From: Bacteroidales bacterium
GTDB lineage: Bacteria > Bacteroidota > Bacteroidia > Bacteroidales > VadinHA17
Assembly: GCA_049654745.1 (NCBI GenBank)
Contig: JBASIK010000233.1
Coordinates: forward strand, 447-64,446
Reading direction: 5' to 3'
DNA length: 64,000 bases
The position numbers and the translations under genes are program-made. The notes under the pieces are model-generated. The model did no database searches. It was not told the origin of the DNA and worked only from the letters and a program-made list of their open reading frames with translations. Below, in pieces: positions 20,601 to 29,531 of this stretch (the stretch's first letter is position 1; each line of letters starts with the position of its first letter).

Positions 20601-20743
20601 TACTCCTCTTCAAGTTCCCGGTTAAGATACCTCCGGAGATAACCGCGTAAAATCTTTTTGCCCCGTGAAGTTATTCCACCGGGATTTACTGTGGAAATTA
20701 TTGCAAAGATGTGAATCAGTGCAAGTAAAACAGATTCCCTCAT
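17615..20743 (-). CDS. Multidomain ABCG-like (NBD-then-ABC2 TMD) transporter with a TerB-like N-terminal domain
   Basis: 1042 aa. Residues 1-150 are a helical TerB-like pattern (EERMIVFLQLLEFTFEDGQISPQENTIIDIVARTFNI). Residues about 150-280 are unassigned and beta-rich. The NBD has Walker A GSSGVGKTTLLN, signature VSGGQRKRL, Walker B LFVDEPTSGLS and the ABCG-type NIHQPSS. An ABC-2 membrane domain follows, then a roughly 200-aa soluble insert before the last TM helix. Confidence 0.85.
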   Translation of the reverse strand: MRESVLLALIHIFAIISTVNPGGITSRGKKILRGYLRRYLNRELEEEYFSLFENNLEFYSNELKNIDRSDLAEEDSLITFQITNICRQIKKSLFLEERMIVFLQLLEFTFEDGQISPQENTIIDIVARTFNISRKEYDNAYAFMIGRQYDKVSPDCMLVIESDNPHYRSEQEYASYPLWKHMYIRGFRGSLFVLHIESTGSLIFTYDGPLPLYFKGRDIIACRPYLLERGVNIKGPGIEPIYYSKVYKAFLIDEFRERVVFEGCNIEYRFKNSENGIKPMNFRLESGNLVGIMGSSGVGKTTLLNILHGKIKPEKGNIYINGYDIYKDSEHLKGLIGYVPQDDLLIEELTVYQNLYFNARLCFGDYTEERLHKIVVKILTDLDLIEIKDLQVGDLLNKKVSGGQRKRLNIALELMREPAVLFVDEPTSGLSSQDSHNVMILLRKQALSGKLVIVNIHQPSSDILKMFDRLWILDRGGYMIYDGDPVEALVYFKTETSQANAAESECPSCGNIDTDNILEIIEVKTIDDSGYPGKERQVTPVEWYEKYKRKMMPSCSSPPQKITLPKSNFKVPGRAYQIRTFIKRNLLRKLADKQYMILNLAEAPLLAFILGYFSKYTLDSGYSFADNRNYPVFLFMAVVVALFLGLMVSAEEIFKDRKILVREKFLNISRLSYLISKVGFLFVLSALQSLLFLAVASLVLEIRAMFWQQWLILFSTACYGNLLGLNISSGMRTVVSIYILIPLILVPQLLLGGAMIRFDDIHKSLTNREYVPMIGDLMGTRWAYEAIMVEGYKGNRYIKPTFKYNLEIEQNNYYKDELIRNLKNEIINYILQRKNKNAGDKEVIEKKLNILNYHVNQLSDITGIKPGEWINWLNYSDFNERVADSLEVFFGEVQKYFINENKYYFRLKYETEKKIAESLGNEDASKLAEKYNNSRLEDILLNQTGLLEEQPYIILKNRFVQKSTPIYMKPTSKWGRSHFFAPYKQLGNLKIDTLFFNIAFIWLMTGIFFITLYYNLLYRFIEFLERQRFPFWRKFGRQLLGW

Positions 20744-20861
20744 CGAGGCAATTTATAATTGAATCCAGCTCTAATTTAAGTTAATCCCCTCTGCGGCTCA
20801 AATAGTTTCATACCGTTTTTCGGGAATCCTGACTCACTCCGGAGTAAACGGAACTCTGCTT

Positions 20862-21686
20862 TTAAATTATCTTCTCCCTGATTACCGTAATTGCTTCCGT
20901 TATATCCTTTATGTCTTTCTCAGTCAGACTCGTTGATAATCCTTCATAAACTTTTTTAATGGGCTCAAGAAGCTTCACAAAATCGCCTATCATAGGATCA
21001 TCCAGATATGGTCTTGTTATATCCAGATAAAGTTCAAAAGACTTCTTCTGTTCGAGAAGAACCCGTGATATACCTGCTACATTATACGCAGCCTCAGAAA
21101 CATGAGTGGTAAGATACATGCCTTCAACCCACGCACCCCCCACAACAAGCAGAGCAAGGTTCTGCTGCTCATTTTCACTCAGATATTGATATGTCTCATT
21201 GAACGCATCGGTAAGAATCTTAACGAGTTTATCCCTGCTGTCAAAATTCACCTTAATACTGTCATAAAGCTTTGTGTCATAAATCCTCGACATATTAAGG
21301 GAATTTGCCAGAACTCTTATGGCGTCGAGATAATCATTTACATCCTGCTGCATATTGTACAGCGTTGCATAACTGAGGTCGGCACCAAAAACTCCAATAT
21401 TGATGGCCTTTGCTGAGCTCTGAATATATTTCTTAGCATTTGAAGGAGGATTCGATATTCCTATTATGTACCCTACCTCAAGTTCGGTGAGCATCTTAAT
21501 GACTTCAGCAGATGTTGGTAAAGGATAGACATTCTTTTCAATTTCCTTTTTGATTGTTTCAACCTGTTCTTTCTCTTCCTGCTCCTTAACCTGCTTCTCC
21601 GCCCCGGTCTTACTTTTACACGATAACATATTAACCAGGGCAATAACAAGTATTACTGTTATTGAAAACTGAAAAACTTTTTTCAT
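20862..21686 (-). CDS. Hypothetical helical lipoprotein
   Basis: 274 aa. Signal peptide with lipobox (VNMLSC), a K/E-rich linker and then a predicted all-helical domain. I recognise no family. It is upstream on the same strand as the ABCG-like gene, with a 118-nt gap. Confidence 0.7.
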   Translation of the reverse strand: MKKVFQFSITVILVIALVNMLSCKSKTGAEKQVKEQEEKEQVETIKKEIEKNVYPLPTSAEVIKMLTELEVGYIIGISNPPSNAKKYIQSSAKAINIGVFGADLSYATLYNMQQDVNDYLDAIRVLANSLNMSRIYDTKLYDSIKVNFDSRDKLVKILTDAFNETYQYLSENEQQNLALLVVGGAWVEGMYLTTHVSEAAYNVAGISRVLLEQKKSFELYLDITRPYLDDPMIGDFVKLLEPIKKVYEGLSTSLTEKDIKDITEAITVIREKII

Positions 21687-21966
21687 AAGTCAATTATTTT
21701 ACTGTTTATTAATCTGATTAATTACTGATATTTTTTGTTATTAATACCTTAAATCCTGTCCTTCTTCAGGGAGAGAAGAAATATTTTTCTCTTATTCCCT
21801 GGAAGAAAGAAAAAGATTTTAACCGGGCATAAAAATAAGAAAATAAATTATAAATATTTAGTCATAAATAAGATTTTAACCCCATCTCTCGTTTTTTATG
21901 TCACATTTGAATCAGCTTATTTTTGTATTTTACTGTTCCCATGGTTTGCCATTCTTCTGTTTTGAC

Positions 21967-21974
21967 TATCTTTG
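21967..21974 (+). promoter_or_regulatory. Candidate -7 promoter box (TATCTTTG) for carA
   Basis: TATCTTTG sits 45 nt upstream of the carA ATG. Confidence 0.4.
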
Positions 21975-22019
21975 TACCCTGTTGAAAAATAATTATTCAG
22001 GGATAAACAAATAAACCTG

Positions 22020-23108
22020 ATGCAAAGAGAAAAAGTCAAAAAGGCAAAGCTTATACTGGAAGACGGAACCGTTTTTGAAGGAAATTCATTCGGAGCCGAT
22101 GTTCCGGCTTCAGGAGAGGTGGTGTTCAACACTGCTATGACAGGTTATCCTGAAAGCCTCACCGATCCCTCATACCGGGGACAGATTCTATGCCTCACTT
22201 ATCCTCTTGTAGGGAATTATGGAGTCCCTCCGGATGAACAAGAAAACGGACTTCTTAAATACTTCGAGTCATCTTCGGTTCATATCTCGGGCTTAATAGT
22301 TTCACATTATTCCTTTGATTACAGCCACTGGAATGCCAGAGAAAGCCTTGGCGACTGGCTTGCAGGTTATAACATTCCAGGAATTTACGGAATCGATACC
22401 AGAGCTCTCACCAAGCGACTTAGGGAAAAAGGTACCATGCTCGGTAGAATAGAGATTGAAGACAAGTGTACTGATTTTATCGACCCGAACCAGATAAACC
22501 TGGTAAAGGAAGTGAGCACAAAAGAAAAAAAGATTTACGGAAATGGCAGGTGGAAAATTCTTCTTATTGATTGCGGTGTCAAATACAACATAATAAGATC
22601 CCTTCTCCGGTATGATACCACAGTAATCAGGGTTCCATGGGACTACGATTATCACAATGAAGAGTACGACGGACTATTTATTTCAAATGGCCCGGGTAAT
22701 CCGAAAATGTGTACCGTAACAATTGAAAATATAAAGAAATCACTGAATGAAGATAAACCCATATTTGGAATCTGTCTGGGCAACCAGCTTATGGCACTTG
22801 CCTCAGGTGCAGACACCTATAAACTCAAGTATGGTCACAGGAGTCACAACCAGCCGGTTATCATGTCAGGAACGAACAGGGCATATATCACTTCGCAGAA
22901 TCATGGTTACGCGGTAGATAACAATACATTACCTTCCGGTTGGGAACCCTTTTTCATTAACCTTAACGACATGACCAATGAGGGAATGAAACATAAATCA
23001 GGTCTTTACTTTTCAACCCAGTTTCATCCCGAAGCTTCAGGTGGTCCGACCGATACAGCCTTCCTTTTCGATATGTTTATTTCAAATATTATAAAATACA
23101 GGAGCTGA
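22020..23108 (+). CDS. carA: Carbamoyl-phosphate synthase small (glutaminase) subunit
   Basis: 362 aa with the GATase nucleophile motif GICLGNQLM and FSTQFHPEASGGP. Confidence 0.95.
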   Translation: MQREKVKKAKLILEDGTVFEGNSFGADVPASGEVVFNTAMTGYPESLTDPSYRGQILCLTYPLVGNYGVPPDEQENGLLKYFESSSVHISGLIVSHYSFDYSHWNARESLGDWLAGYNIPGIYGIDTRALTKRLREKGTMLGRIEIEDKCTDFIDPNQINLVKEVSTKEKKIYGNGRWKILLIDCGVKYNIIRSLLRYDTTVIRVPWDYDYHNEEYDGLFISNGPGNPKMCTVTIENIKKSLNEDKPIFGICLGNQLMALASGADTYKLKYGHRSHNQPVIMSGTNRAYITSQNHGYAVDNNTLPSGWEPFFINLNDMTNEGMKHKSGLYFSTQFHPEASGGPTDTAFLFDMFISNIIKYRS

Positions 23109-23134
23109 ATTTCAGTATCCACCTGTTATTCCAT

Positions 23135-24481
23135 TCAAGCATACCTTACCAGTTTCTCCTCGAGAACAGTTATTGGAATGGCTTTAAATTCAGCCAGCAG
23201 CTTTTCAGCCCTTGCTTTGATTTCCTCGTTACAAAGGTTTCCGATGCTGCCCTCATGCGAATAATCGGAAGGCATTGTTCTGAGAAAAGCTCCGTCTTTC
23301 AGTATGCCGGATACAGCCTTGTATGCATCCCTGAAAGGTATGCCATTTTTGACCATCCTGTTTACTTCTTCGGTACTGAAAATTGAGTTATATTGAGGAT
23401 TGTCAAGAATATTGCGCCTTATCTTGATGGCTCCCAGCATGTAAATCAACATTTCAATACATTCCCCTATGTCGGTAAATGCATTAATCATCAAACTCTT
23501 AAGAATTTGCAGATCACGATTGTAACCCGACGGAAGGTTATTTGTTATTATGCTTATCTGTCCCGGCAGCGACTGAATGAGGTTTGATCTTGCCCTTATA
23601 AGTTCAAATACATCAGGGTTCTTTTTCTGGGGCATTATGCTTGAACCGGTTATAAACTCGTCGGGGAACTCAATGAATTTAAATTCTGCAGTCATATACA
23701 GGCATATATCCATACAGAATTTTGAGAGGGTATTGGCAATTGAAGCAAGGGCAGATGCCACAGCCATCTCAACTTTTCCCCTGTTAATGCTGGCGTAAGA
23801 TGAGTTGTATATCATCTCCTCAAACTCTAGGAGTGAGGTTGTGAGACTGCGGTTAAGTGGCAGCGTTGTACCATATCCAGCAGCCGTACCGAGAGGATTC
23901 CTGTTATTCATCCTCCTTGCTGCTGAAAGAAGCAGAAGGTCATCAGTGAGGGCTTCGGCATAGCCACCAAACCACAACCCGAAGGATGATACCATAGCAG
24001 GCTGCATATGGGTGTACCCCGGAAGAAGCACTTCCCTGTACTGGTTACTCAGGGAAATAAGCTTCTCAAACAGGTAACCTGTCAGCTCTGCAATTCTGTC
24101 AATTTCTGCCCGTGTATAAAGCCTTATGTCGAGAAGAACCTGGTCGTTGCGCGACCTTCCTGTATGCACCTTCCGACCCACAGGCCCAAGCATATCCGAA
24201 AGCTCATTCTCAATCTGCGAATGTATATCCTCAACACCTTCCCCTATCTTCAGCTCACCTTTCAGAAATTTCTGAAAAAGAGCATGTAATGCATTTAATA
24301 GATTATGCTTTTCTTCATCTGAAATCAGCTTCACTTCATGAAGCATGATAACATGTGCCATTGAACCTACAATATCCCAACCGGCAATCAAAAGATCGGT
24401 CTGCTTTTCCTTTCCCGCAGTGAATTCAATTATTGCCGGGTCGGGCGTTACATCTTTTTCCCACAATCTTGAAAAATTCAT
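23135..24481 (-). CDS. argH: Argininosuccinate lyase
   Basis: Fumarate-lyase signature GSSIMPQKKNPD. The ORF extends to 24514, but the Met at 24481 (MNFSRLWEKD...) avoids a 23-nt overlap with argG and fits the usual ArgH N-terminus. Confidence 0.93.
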   Translation of the reverse strand: MNFSRLWEKDVTPDPAIIEFTAGKEKQTDLLIAGWDIVGSMAHVIMLHEVKLISDEEKHNLLNALHALFQKFLKGELKIGEGVEDIHSQIENELSDMLGPVGRKVHTGRSRNDQVLLDIRLYTRAEIDRIAELTGYLFEKLISLSNQYREVLLPGYTHMQPAMVSSFGLWFGGYAEALTDDLLLLSAARRMNNRNPLGTAAGYGTTLPLNRSLTTSLLEFEEMIYNSSYASINRGKVEMAVASALASIANTLSKFCMDICLYMTAEFKFIEFPDEFITGSSIMPQKKNPDVFELIRARSNLIQSLPGQISIITNNLPSGYNRDLQILKSLMINAFTDIGECIEMLIYMLGAIKIRRNILDNPQYNSIFSTEEVNRMVKNGIPFRDAYKAVSGILKDGAFLRTMPSDYSHEGSIGNLCNEEIKARAEKLLAEFKAIPITVLEEKLVRYA

Positions 24482-24491
24482 ATTCGTGAAT

Positions 24492-25724
24492 TTATTTTTT
24501 CTTTCTCGACTCAATAATAGCCCTGTGTGCCATAAGCCTTATGGCATTTATTTTAATAAAGCCTTTACTGTCGGTCTGGTCAAAACCTCCTTCAATATCC
24601 ATGCTGGAAAGATCTTTGTCGTAAAGCGACGAAGGTGATTCTCTACCCTCAATAAGTACATTCCCCTTGTAAAGGCAAAGATGAACACATCCGTCAATCA
24701 GTTCCTGGCTTTTATCAATAGCAGCCATAAGAAAATCCATCTCCGGACTGAACCAGAAGCCATAATAAATAAGTTCTGAAAACTTGGGAGTTAGCATATT
24801 TCTTAACCTCATAACTTCCCTGTCCATAGCTATGCCTTCAATGTCTCTGTGAGCGGTGAACAATATAGTAGCCCCCGGAGTTTCATATACACCGCGCGAT
24901 TTTATACCTACAAACCGGTTTTCAACCATATCGAGCAACCCAATTCCATTCTCCCCTCCCAGCTTGTTCAGATAAACAAAAAGTTCCAGCGGATCCTCCT
25001 TCACAGTACCATCATCCTTGTTGAGAACCTTAACCGGTATCCCGTCCTTAAAGGTGATTACAATGCGAGTTTCACGATCCGGTGCATCCTGAGGCATCAC
25101 CATCTTCACCAGCATGCTTTTCTGGACCGCAAACATGGGATCTTCAAGAATGCCTGCCTCATGACTTATGTGCATCAGGTTTTCATCCTCGCTATAAGGT
25201 TTGGCAAGCGTTGCCTTAACCGGGATATTCTTTTCAGCTGCATATTTTAAAAGGTCTGTTCTTCCTTTGAAACTCTGAAGAAATTCCGGATCTTTCCATG
25301 GTGAAATTATCTTTATACCTGGCTTGAGAGCATAATAACACAGCTCAAAACGAACCTGATCGTTACCCTTCCCTGTGGCACCATGAGCCACAGTGTTGGC
25401 TCCTTCCTCATTTGCAACTTCAATCTGCTTGCTTGCAATAAGAGGCCTTGCAAGAGCCGTTCCCAGTAGGTACCTGTCTTCATATATAGCATTCGCCTTC
25501 AGGGCTTTAAATACATAATCGGTAACAAATTCCCTTTTTACATCCTTTATAACCACTTTTGATGCACCAAGCATCAAGGCTTTCTTTTTGCACTCCTCAA
25601 AATCCTCCTGCTGGCCTACATCTGCAATAAAGGCAATCACCTCATAACCTTTCTCAATTAACCATTTAAGTATAACCGAGGTGTCAAGACCTCCACTGTA
25701 AGCAAGAACAACTTTTTCTTTCAT
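24492..25724 (-). CDS. argG: Argininosuccinate synthase
   Basis: 410 aa with AYSGGLDTS and [13 protein letters not shown]. Confidence 0.96.
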   Translation of the reverse strand: MKEKVVLAYSGGLDTSVILKWLIEKGYEVIAFIADVGQQEDFEECKKKALMLGASKVVIKDVKREFVTDYVFKALKANAIYEDRYLLGTALARPLIASKQIEVANEEGANTVAHGATGKGNDQVRFELCYYALKPGIKIISPWKDPEFLQSFKGRTDLLKYAAEKNIPVKATLAKPYSEDENLMHISHEAGILEDPMFAVQKSMLVKMVMPQDAPDRETRIVITFKDGIPVKVLNKDDGTVKEDPLELFVYLNKLGGENGIGLLDMVENRFVGIKSRGVYETPGATILFTAHRDIEGIAMDREVMRLRNMLTPKFSELIYYGFWFSPEMDFLMAAIDKSQELIDGCVHLCLYKGNVLIEGRESPSSLYDKDLSSMDIEGGFDQTDSKGFIKINAIRLMAHRAIIESRKKK

Positions 25725-25751
25725 CTTAATCTGTTTTTATGTTATAATTAA

Positions 25752-26225
25752 TTATCCTGTCATTGAATGAATTCCCGGAAAAATCATCTCCAGAATATTC
25801 CTTACATGTGCCGGCGATACGTTATCACGGGGAATAACTAGCAGTGTGTCGTCCCCTGCAATCGTTCCGGCAATCTCATAACGCCCGTAATTGTCAATAG
25901 TTATCGCCACACTGTTCGCATAACCCGGACTTGTCTTGATAATTATCATCCCTTTTGCTTCAATTATGCTTCTGATAACATTTACAAGGTCGTACTTTGC
26001 CTCAGCCTGAATCTGTGGAACATGGTCACTGACAAAAGAATACCTGTACCCACCTCTTCCGTCAGGGATTTTAACAACTCCAAGCTGTCTGAGACTTCTC
26101 GAAAGCGTTGCCTGAGTACATTTAATACCCATTTTCCTGAGCTTCCTTATTATTTCCTCCTGAGAGGAAACCTTTTCACTCCGGATTATATTCTCTATGG
26201 CAATAAGACGTGATATTCTTTGCAT
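25752..26225 (-). CDS. argR: Arginine repressor
   Basis: Winged-helix CTQATLSRSLRQLGVVK and the C-terminal oligomerisation/arginine-binding motif GTIAGDDTLLV. The first ATG is at 26223-26225. The track start at 26246 is a TTG. Confidence 0.9.
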   Translation of the reverse strand: MQRISRLIAIENIIRSEKVSSQEEIIRKLRKMGIKCTQATLSRSLRQLGVVKIPDGRGGYRYSFVSDHVPQIQAEAKYDLVNVIRSIIEAKGMIIIKTSPGYANSVAITIDNYGRYEIAGTIAGDDTLLVIPRDNVSPAHVRNILEMIFPGIHSMTG

Positions 26226-26257
26226 TTTTATACATTCTGGTTGCAAATTTATTCATT
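26219..26257. promoter_or_regulatory. Tandem ARG boxes (ArgR operator) in the argR/carB divergent region
   Basis: The operator is two 18-mers, ttTGCATTTTTATACAtt (26219-26236) and gtTGCAAATTTATTCAtt (26240-26257), separated by 3 bp (21-bp centre-to-centre spacing). They match the E. coli core TGAAT-N4-ATTCA at 16 of 20 positions. Box 1 covers the argR ATG and box 2 covers the candidate argR -7 element. Confidence 0.6.
26244..26251 (-). promoter_or_regulatory. Candidate -7 promoter box (TAAATTTG) for argR-argG-argH
   Basis: The reverse complement of caaattta is TAAATTTG, 18 nt upstream of the argR ATG and embedded in ARG box 2. Confidence 0.4.
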
Positions 26258-26295
26258 TTTTTTCATTTCTCCACTCTTAAAAAGAAAAAAAGTAT

Positions 26296-26303
26296 TATTT
26301 TTG
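26296..26303 (+). promoter_or_regulatory. Candidate -7 promoter box (TATTTTTG) for carB
   Basis: TATTTTTG matches TAnnTTTG only 9 nt upstream of the carB ATG, which implies a very short leader. This is a weak call. Confidence 0.3.
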
Positions 26304-26312
26304 CCGTCTGAA

Positions 26313-29300
26313 ATGATAGACAAGCTAAACAAAGTAATAATACTAGGGTCGGGCGCCCTTAAAATTGGTGAAGCCGGTGAATTCGATTATTCAGGATCAC
26401 AGGCATTGAAAGCCCTGAGAGAAGAAGGAATAATAACTATCCTCGTTAATCCCAATATTGCTACCATCCAGACCTCAGAAAACATTGCCGACAAGGTCTA
26501 TTTCCTGCCGGTCAATCCGTACTTTGTTGAAAAAGTTATAGCACGCGAAAAACCCGATGGTATTTTGTTGTCTTTTGGGGGCCAGACGGCTCTAAACTGC
26601 GGAATTGAACTATTTAAAAATAAGGTATTCGAAAAATACAATGTCAGGGTACTCGGCACCCCTGTCACGGCAATTATTGATACTGAGGACAGAGAGCTTT
26701 TCGTAAAGAAACTTAATGAAATAAATGTAAAAACACCACGCAGTATTGCGGTAAGTACTGTTGAGGAAGCCGTTAAAGCTGCCGGAAAACTTGGTTATCC
26801 TGTTATTATCCGTTCGGCATACACACTTGGCGGACAGGGAAGTGGTTTTGCATACAGCGCTGAAGAAATGGAAACTCTTGCAGCACGAGCTCTTTCATTC
26901 ACCGATCAGATTCTTGTTGAAGAATCTCTCAAGGACTGGAAGGAAGTGGAATATGAAGTAGTCAGGGACCGCTACGACAATTGTATCACTGTATGCAACA
27001 TGGAAAACTTCGACCCGCTTGGAATACATACAGGAGAAAGCATCGTAGTGGCACCCTCACAGACCCTTACCAACAATGAATATCACCTTCTCAGGGAACT
27101 CTCCATAAAAATTATCAGGCATATTGGAATAGTAGGTGAATGCAACATACAATACGCACTTGACCCGGATTCGGAGGATTACCGTGTTATTGAAGTCAAC
27201 GCACGCCTTTCAAGGTCGAGTGCACTTGCCTCAAAAGCAACAGGATATCCGCTCGCTTTTGTTGCAGCAAAACTCGCAATCGGCTACGGCTTGCACGAAC
27301 TGAAAAACTCGGTTACAAAAACAACCCCTGCATGCTTCGAACCTGCTCTTGATTATATTGTTTGTAAAATCCCCCGGTGGGACCTCAACAAATTTACCGG
27401 TGTTTCCCACCACATCGGAAGCAGCATGAAAAGCGTTGGTGAAGTGATGGCGATAGGCCGAACTTTTGAAGAAGCAATACAGAAGGGACTTCGTATGATT
27501 GGACTCGGCATGCATGGGTTCACAGGCAACCGGGATATTTACTTCCCCGACGTTGAGAAAGAACTTGCCGAACCAACCGACATGAGAATCTTCTCAATAG
27601 CACAGGCACTCGATGAAGGCATTCCGATTGACAGAATACACCAGCTCACAGGAATTGACAATTGGTTCCTCTTTAAATTGAAAAATATCATCGACATTAA
27701 AAACCGGATCACAGCCTTCAAAAACATTGAAGAAATCCCGTATGATATTCTCCTAGAAGCTAAAAAAGCCGGGTTCAGCGACTTCCAGATAGCGCGTCAC
27801 GTTCTGAACTCTTCATCAAAAGACATGAACAGGGATATGATGAGGGTGAGAGCATTCAGAAAAGCTCTCGGAATAAAACCCTATGTCAAACAAATAGACA
27901 CACTTGCAGCAGAGTACCCGGCAGTGACAAATTATCTCTACCTGACATACAGTGGCACGGAACATGACATCACCTTCGAAAATGAAGGCAGATCGGTTAT
28001 AGTACTGGGTTCCGGGGCTTACAGAATTGGCTCGAGTGTGGAATTTGACTGGTGCTCGGTAAATGCAATAAATACTATCCGCAATACAGGTTACAGGGCA
28101 GTGATGATCAATTACAACCCCGAAACCGTAAGTACAGATTATGATATATGCGACCGGCTCTATTTTGATGAACTATCCTTTGAAAGAGTAATGGATGTAA
28201 TCGAGCTCGAGCATCCAATGGGTGTAATAGTCTCTATGGGCGGGCAAATCCCAAACAATCTTGCCATGAGGCTCCACCTTGCAAACGTAAACATCCTCGG
28301 TACGTCTCCCCTTTCAATCGACAGGGCAGAAAACCGCCATAAATTCAGCTCAATGCTCGATGCCTTGAAAATCGACCAACCCCGGTGGAAAGAGCTTACC
28401 ACAACTGAGGAAATCCATAATTTCGTTGACCAGACAGGTTTTCCGGTTCTCGTAAGGCCTTCTTACGTATTGTCAGGCTCGGCAATGAATGTTGTATCGA
28501 ATAAAAATGAGCTCGACCATTTCCTTAATCTTGCAACAAGAATCTCAAAACAATATCCTGTAGTAGTTTCGGAATTTATTGAAAATGCTAAAGAAATTGA
28601 AATTGACGCCGTTGCCCGCGAAGGTGAAATTATCGTTTATGCAATAAGCGAACATGTGGAGTTTGCGGGTGTTCACTCGGGCGATGCAACGATGGTGTTC
28701 CCGCCGCAGAGGCTCTATTTCGAAACTGTACGGCGTATAAAAAACATCTCACGTGAAATAGCCAGGGAACTAAACATTACAGGCCCTTTCAACATTCAGT
28801 TCCTTGCAAAGGACAACGAAATAAAAGTTATTGAATGCAACCTCAGGGCAAGCCGGAGCATGCCATTTGTGTCAAAAGTGCTGAAAATAAACCTGATTGA
28901 CATTGCAACAAAGGTGATGCTCGGTATTCCTGTTGAAAAACCTCATAAATCAGCTTTTGACCTCGACTATGTGGGTGTCAAAGCACCGCAATTCAGCTTC
29001 TCAAGGCTTGCAAAAGCCGATCCCATACTGGGAGTTGATATGGCTTCAACAGGTGAAGTAGCCTGCCTGGGAGAAGGATTCTACGAAGCCATACTTAAAG
29101 CGATGTTCTCCGTAGGCTACAGAATACCACGTAAAGGTATCCTGCTTTCAACTGGCCCGGCAAAATCTAAGGCCGAACTGCTCGACGCAGCAAGAGCCCT
29201 AAAGGAAAAAGGATACAAGCTGTATGCCACAAGAGGAACACAGCAATTTCTCGAAAATGCGGGCGTCGAGGCTGAAGTGGCATACTGGCCCGATGAAGAT

Positions 29301-29531
29301 AGATCACCCAACGCGATCGAACTGATCCGCAAAGGTATGGTAGATATGGTAATTAACATCCCTAAAAACCTTTCTCAGGCTGAACTAAGCAACGACTATT
29401 CAATCAGACGCAGTGCAGTTGATTACAATGTGCCTCTTCTTACCAATACAAGAGTCGCCAACGCATTTATAAGAGCTTTCTGCAGGCTTAGTATGGATGA
29501 CCTTGCTATAAAAAGCTGGAATGAATACTGA
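26313..29531 (+). CDS. carB: Carbamoyl-phosphate synthase large subunit
   Basis: 1072 aa from the Met at 26313 (MIDKLNKVIILGSGALKIGEAGEFDYSGSQ). Duplicated ATP-grasp halves (second half LGSGAYRIGSSVEFDWCSV) and a C-terminal MGS-like domain. The 31-codon upstream extension in the ORF track is hydrophobic junk that overlaps the operator. Confidence 0.96.
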   Translation: MIDKLNKVIILGSGALKIGEAGEFDYSGSQALKALREEGIITILVNPNIATIQTSENIADKVYFLPVNPYFVEKVIAREKPDGILLSFGGQTALNCGIELFKNKVFEKYNVRVLGTPVTAIIDTEDRELFVKKLNEINVKTPRSIAVSTVEEAVKAAGKLGYPVIIRSAYTLGGQGSGFAYSAEEMETLAARALSFTDQILVEESLKDWKEVEYEVVRDRYDNCITVCNMENFDPLGIHTGESIVVAPSQTLTNNEYHLLRELSIKIIRHIGIVGECNIQYALDPDSEDYRVIEVNARLSRSSALASKATGYPLAFVAAKLAIGYGLHELKNSVTKTTPACFEPALDYIVCKIPRWDLNKFTGVSHHIGSSMKSVGEVMAIGRTFEEAIQKGLRMIGLGMHGFTGNRDIYFPDVEKELAEPTDMRIFSIAQALDEGIPIDRIHQLTGIDNWFLFKLKNIIDIKNRITAFKNIEEIPYDILLEAKKAGFSDFQIARHVLNSSSKDMNRDMMRVRAFRKALGIKPYVKQIDTLAAEYPAVTNYLYLTYSGTEHDITFENEGRSVIVLGSGAYRIGSSVEFDWCSVNAINTIRNTGYRAVMINYNPETVSTDYDICDRLYFDELSFERVMDVIELEHPMGVIVSMGGQIPNNLAMRLHLANVNILGTSPLSIDRAENRHKFSSMLDALKIDQPRWKELTTTEEIHNFVDQTGFPVLVRPSYVLSGSAMNVVSNKNELDHFLNLATRISKQYPVVVSEFIENAKEIEIDAVAREGEIIVYAISEHVEFAGVHSGDATMVFPPQRLYFETVRRIKNISREIARELNITGPFNIQFLAKDNEIKVIECNLRASRSMPFVSKVLKINLIDIATKVMLGIPVEKPHKSAFDLDYVGVKAPQFSFSRLAKADPILGVDMASTGEVACLGEGFYEAILKAMFSVGYRIPRKGILLSTGPAKSKAELLDAARALKEKGYKLYATRGTQQFLENAGVEAEVAYWPDEDRSPNAIELIRKGMVDMVINIPKNLSQAELSNDYSIRRSAVDYNVPLLTNTRVANAFIRAFCRLSMDDLAIKSWNEY

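Noticed and set aside
21687-22019. ARG boxes or a leader peptide upstream of carA
   Set aside because: No TGNAT-N4-ATNCA pair with 21-bp spacing is present. The small ORF MSHLNQLIFVFYCSHGLPFFCF lies upstream of the candidate promoter and has no Arg codons.
26220-26312. 31-codon N-terminal extension of carB in the ORF track
   Set aside because: The extension (MHFYTFWLQIYSFFFISPLL...) is not CarB-like and runs through the ARG-box operator and promoter region. The conserved CarB N-terminus starts at the Met at 26313.
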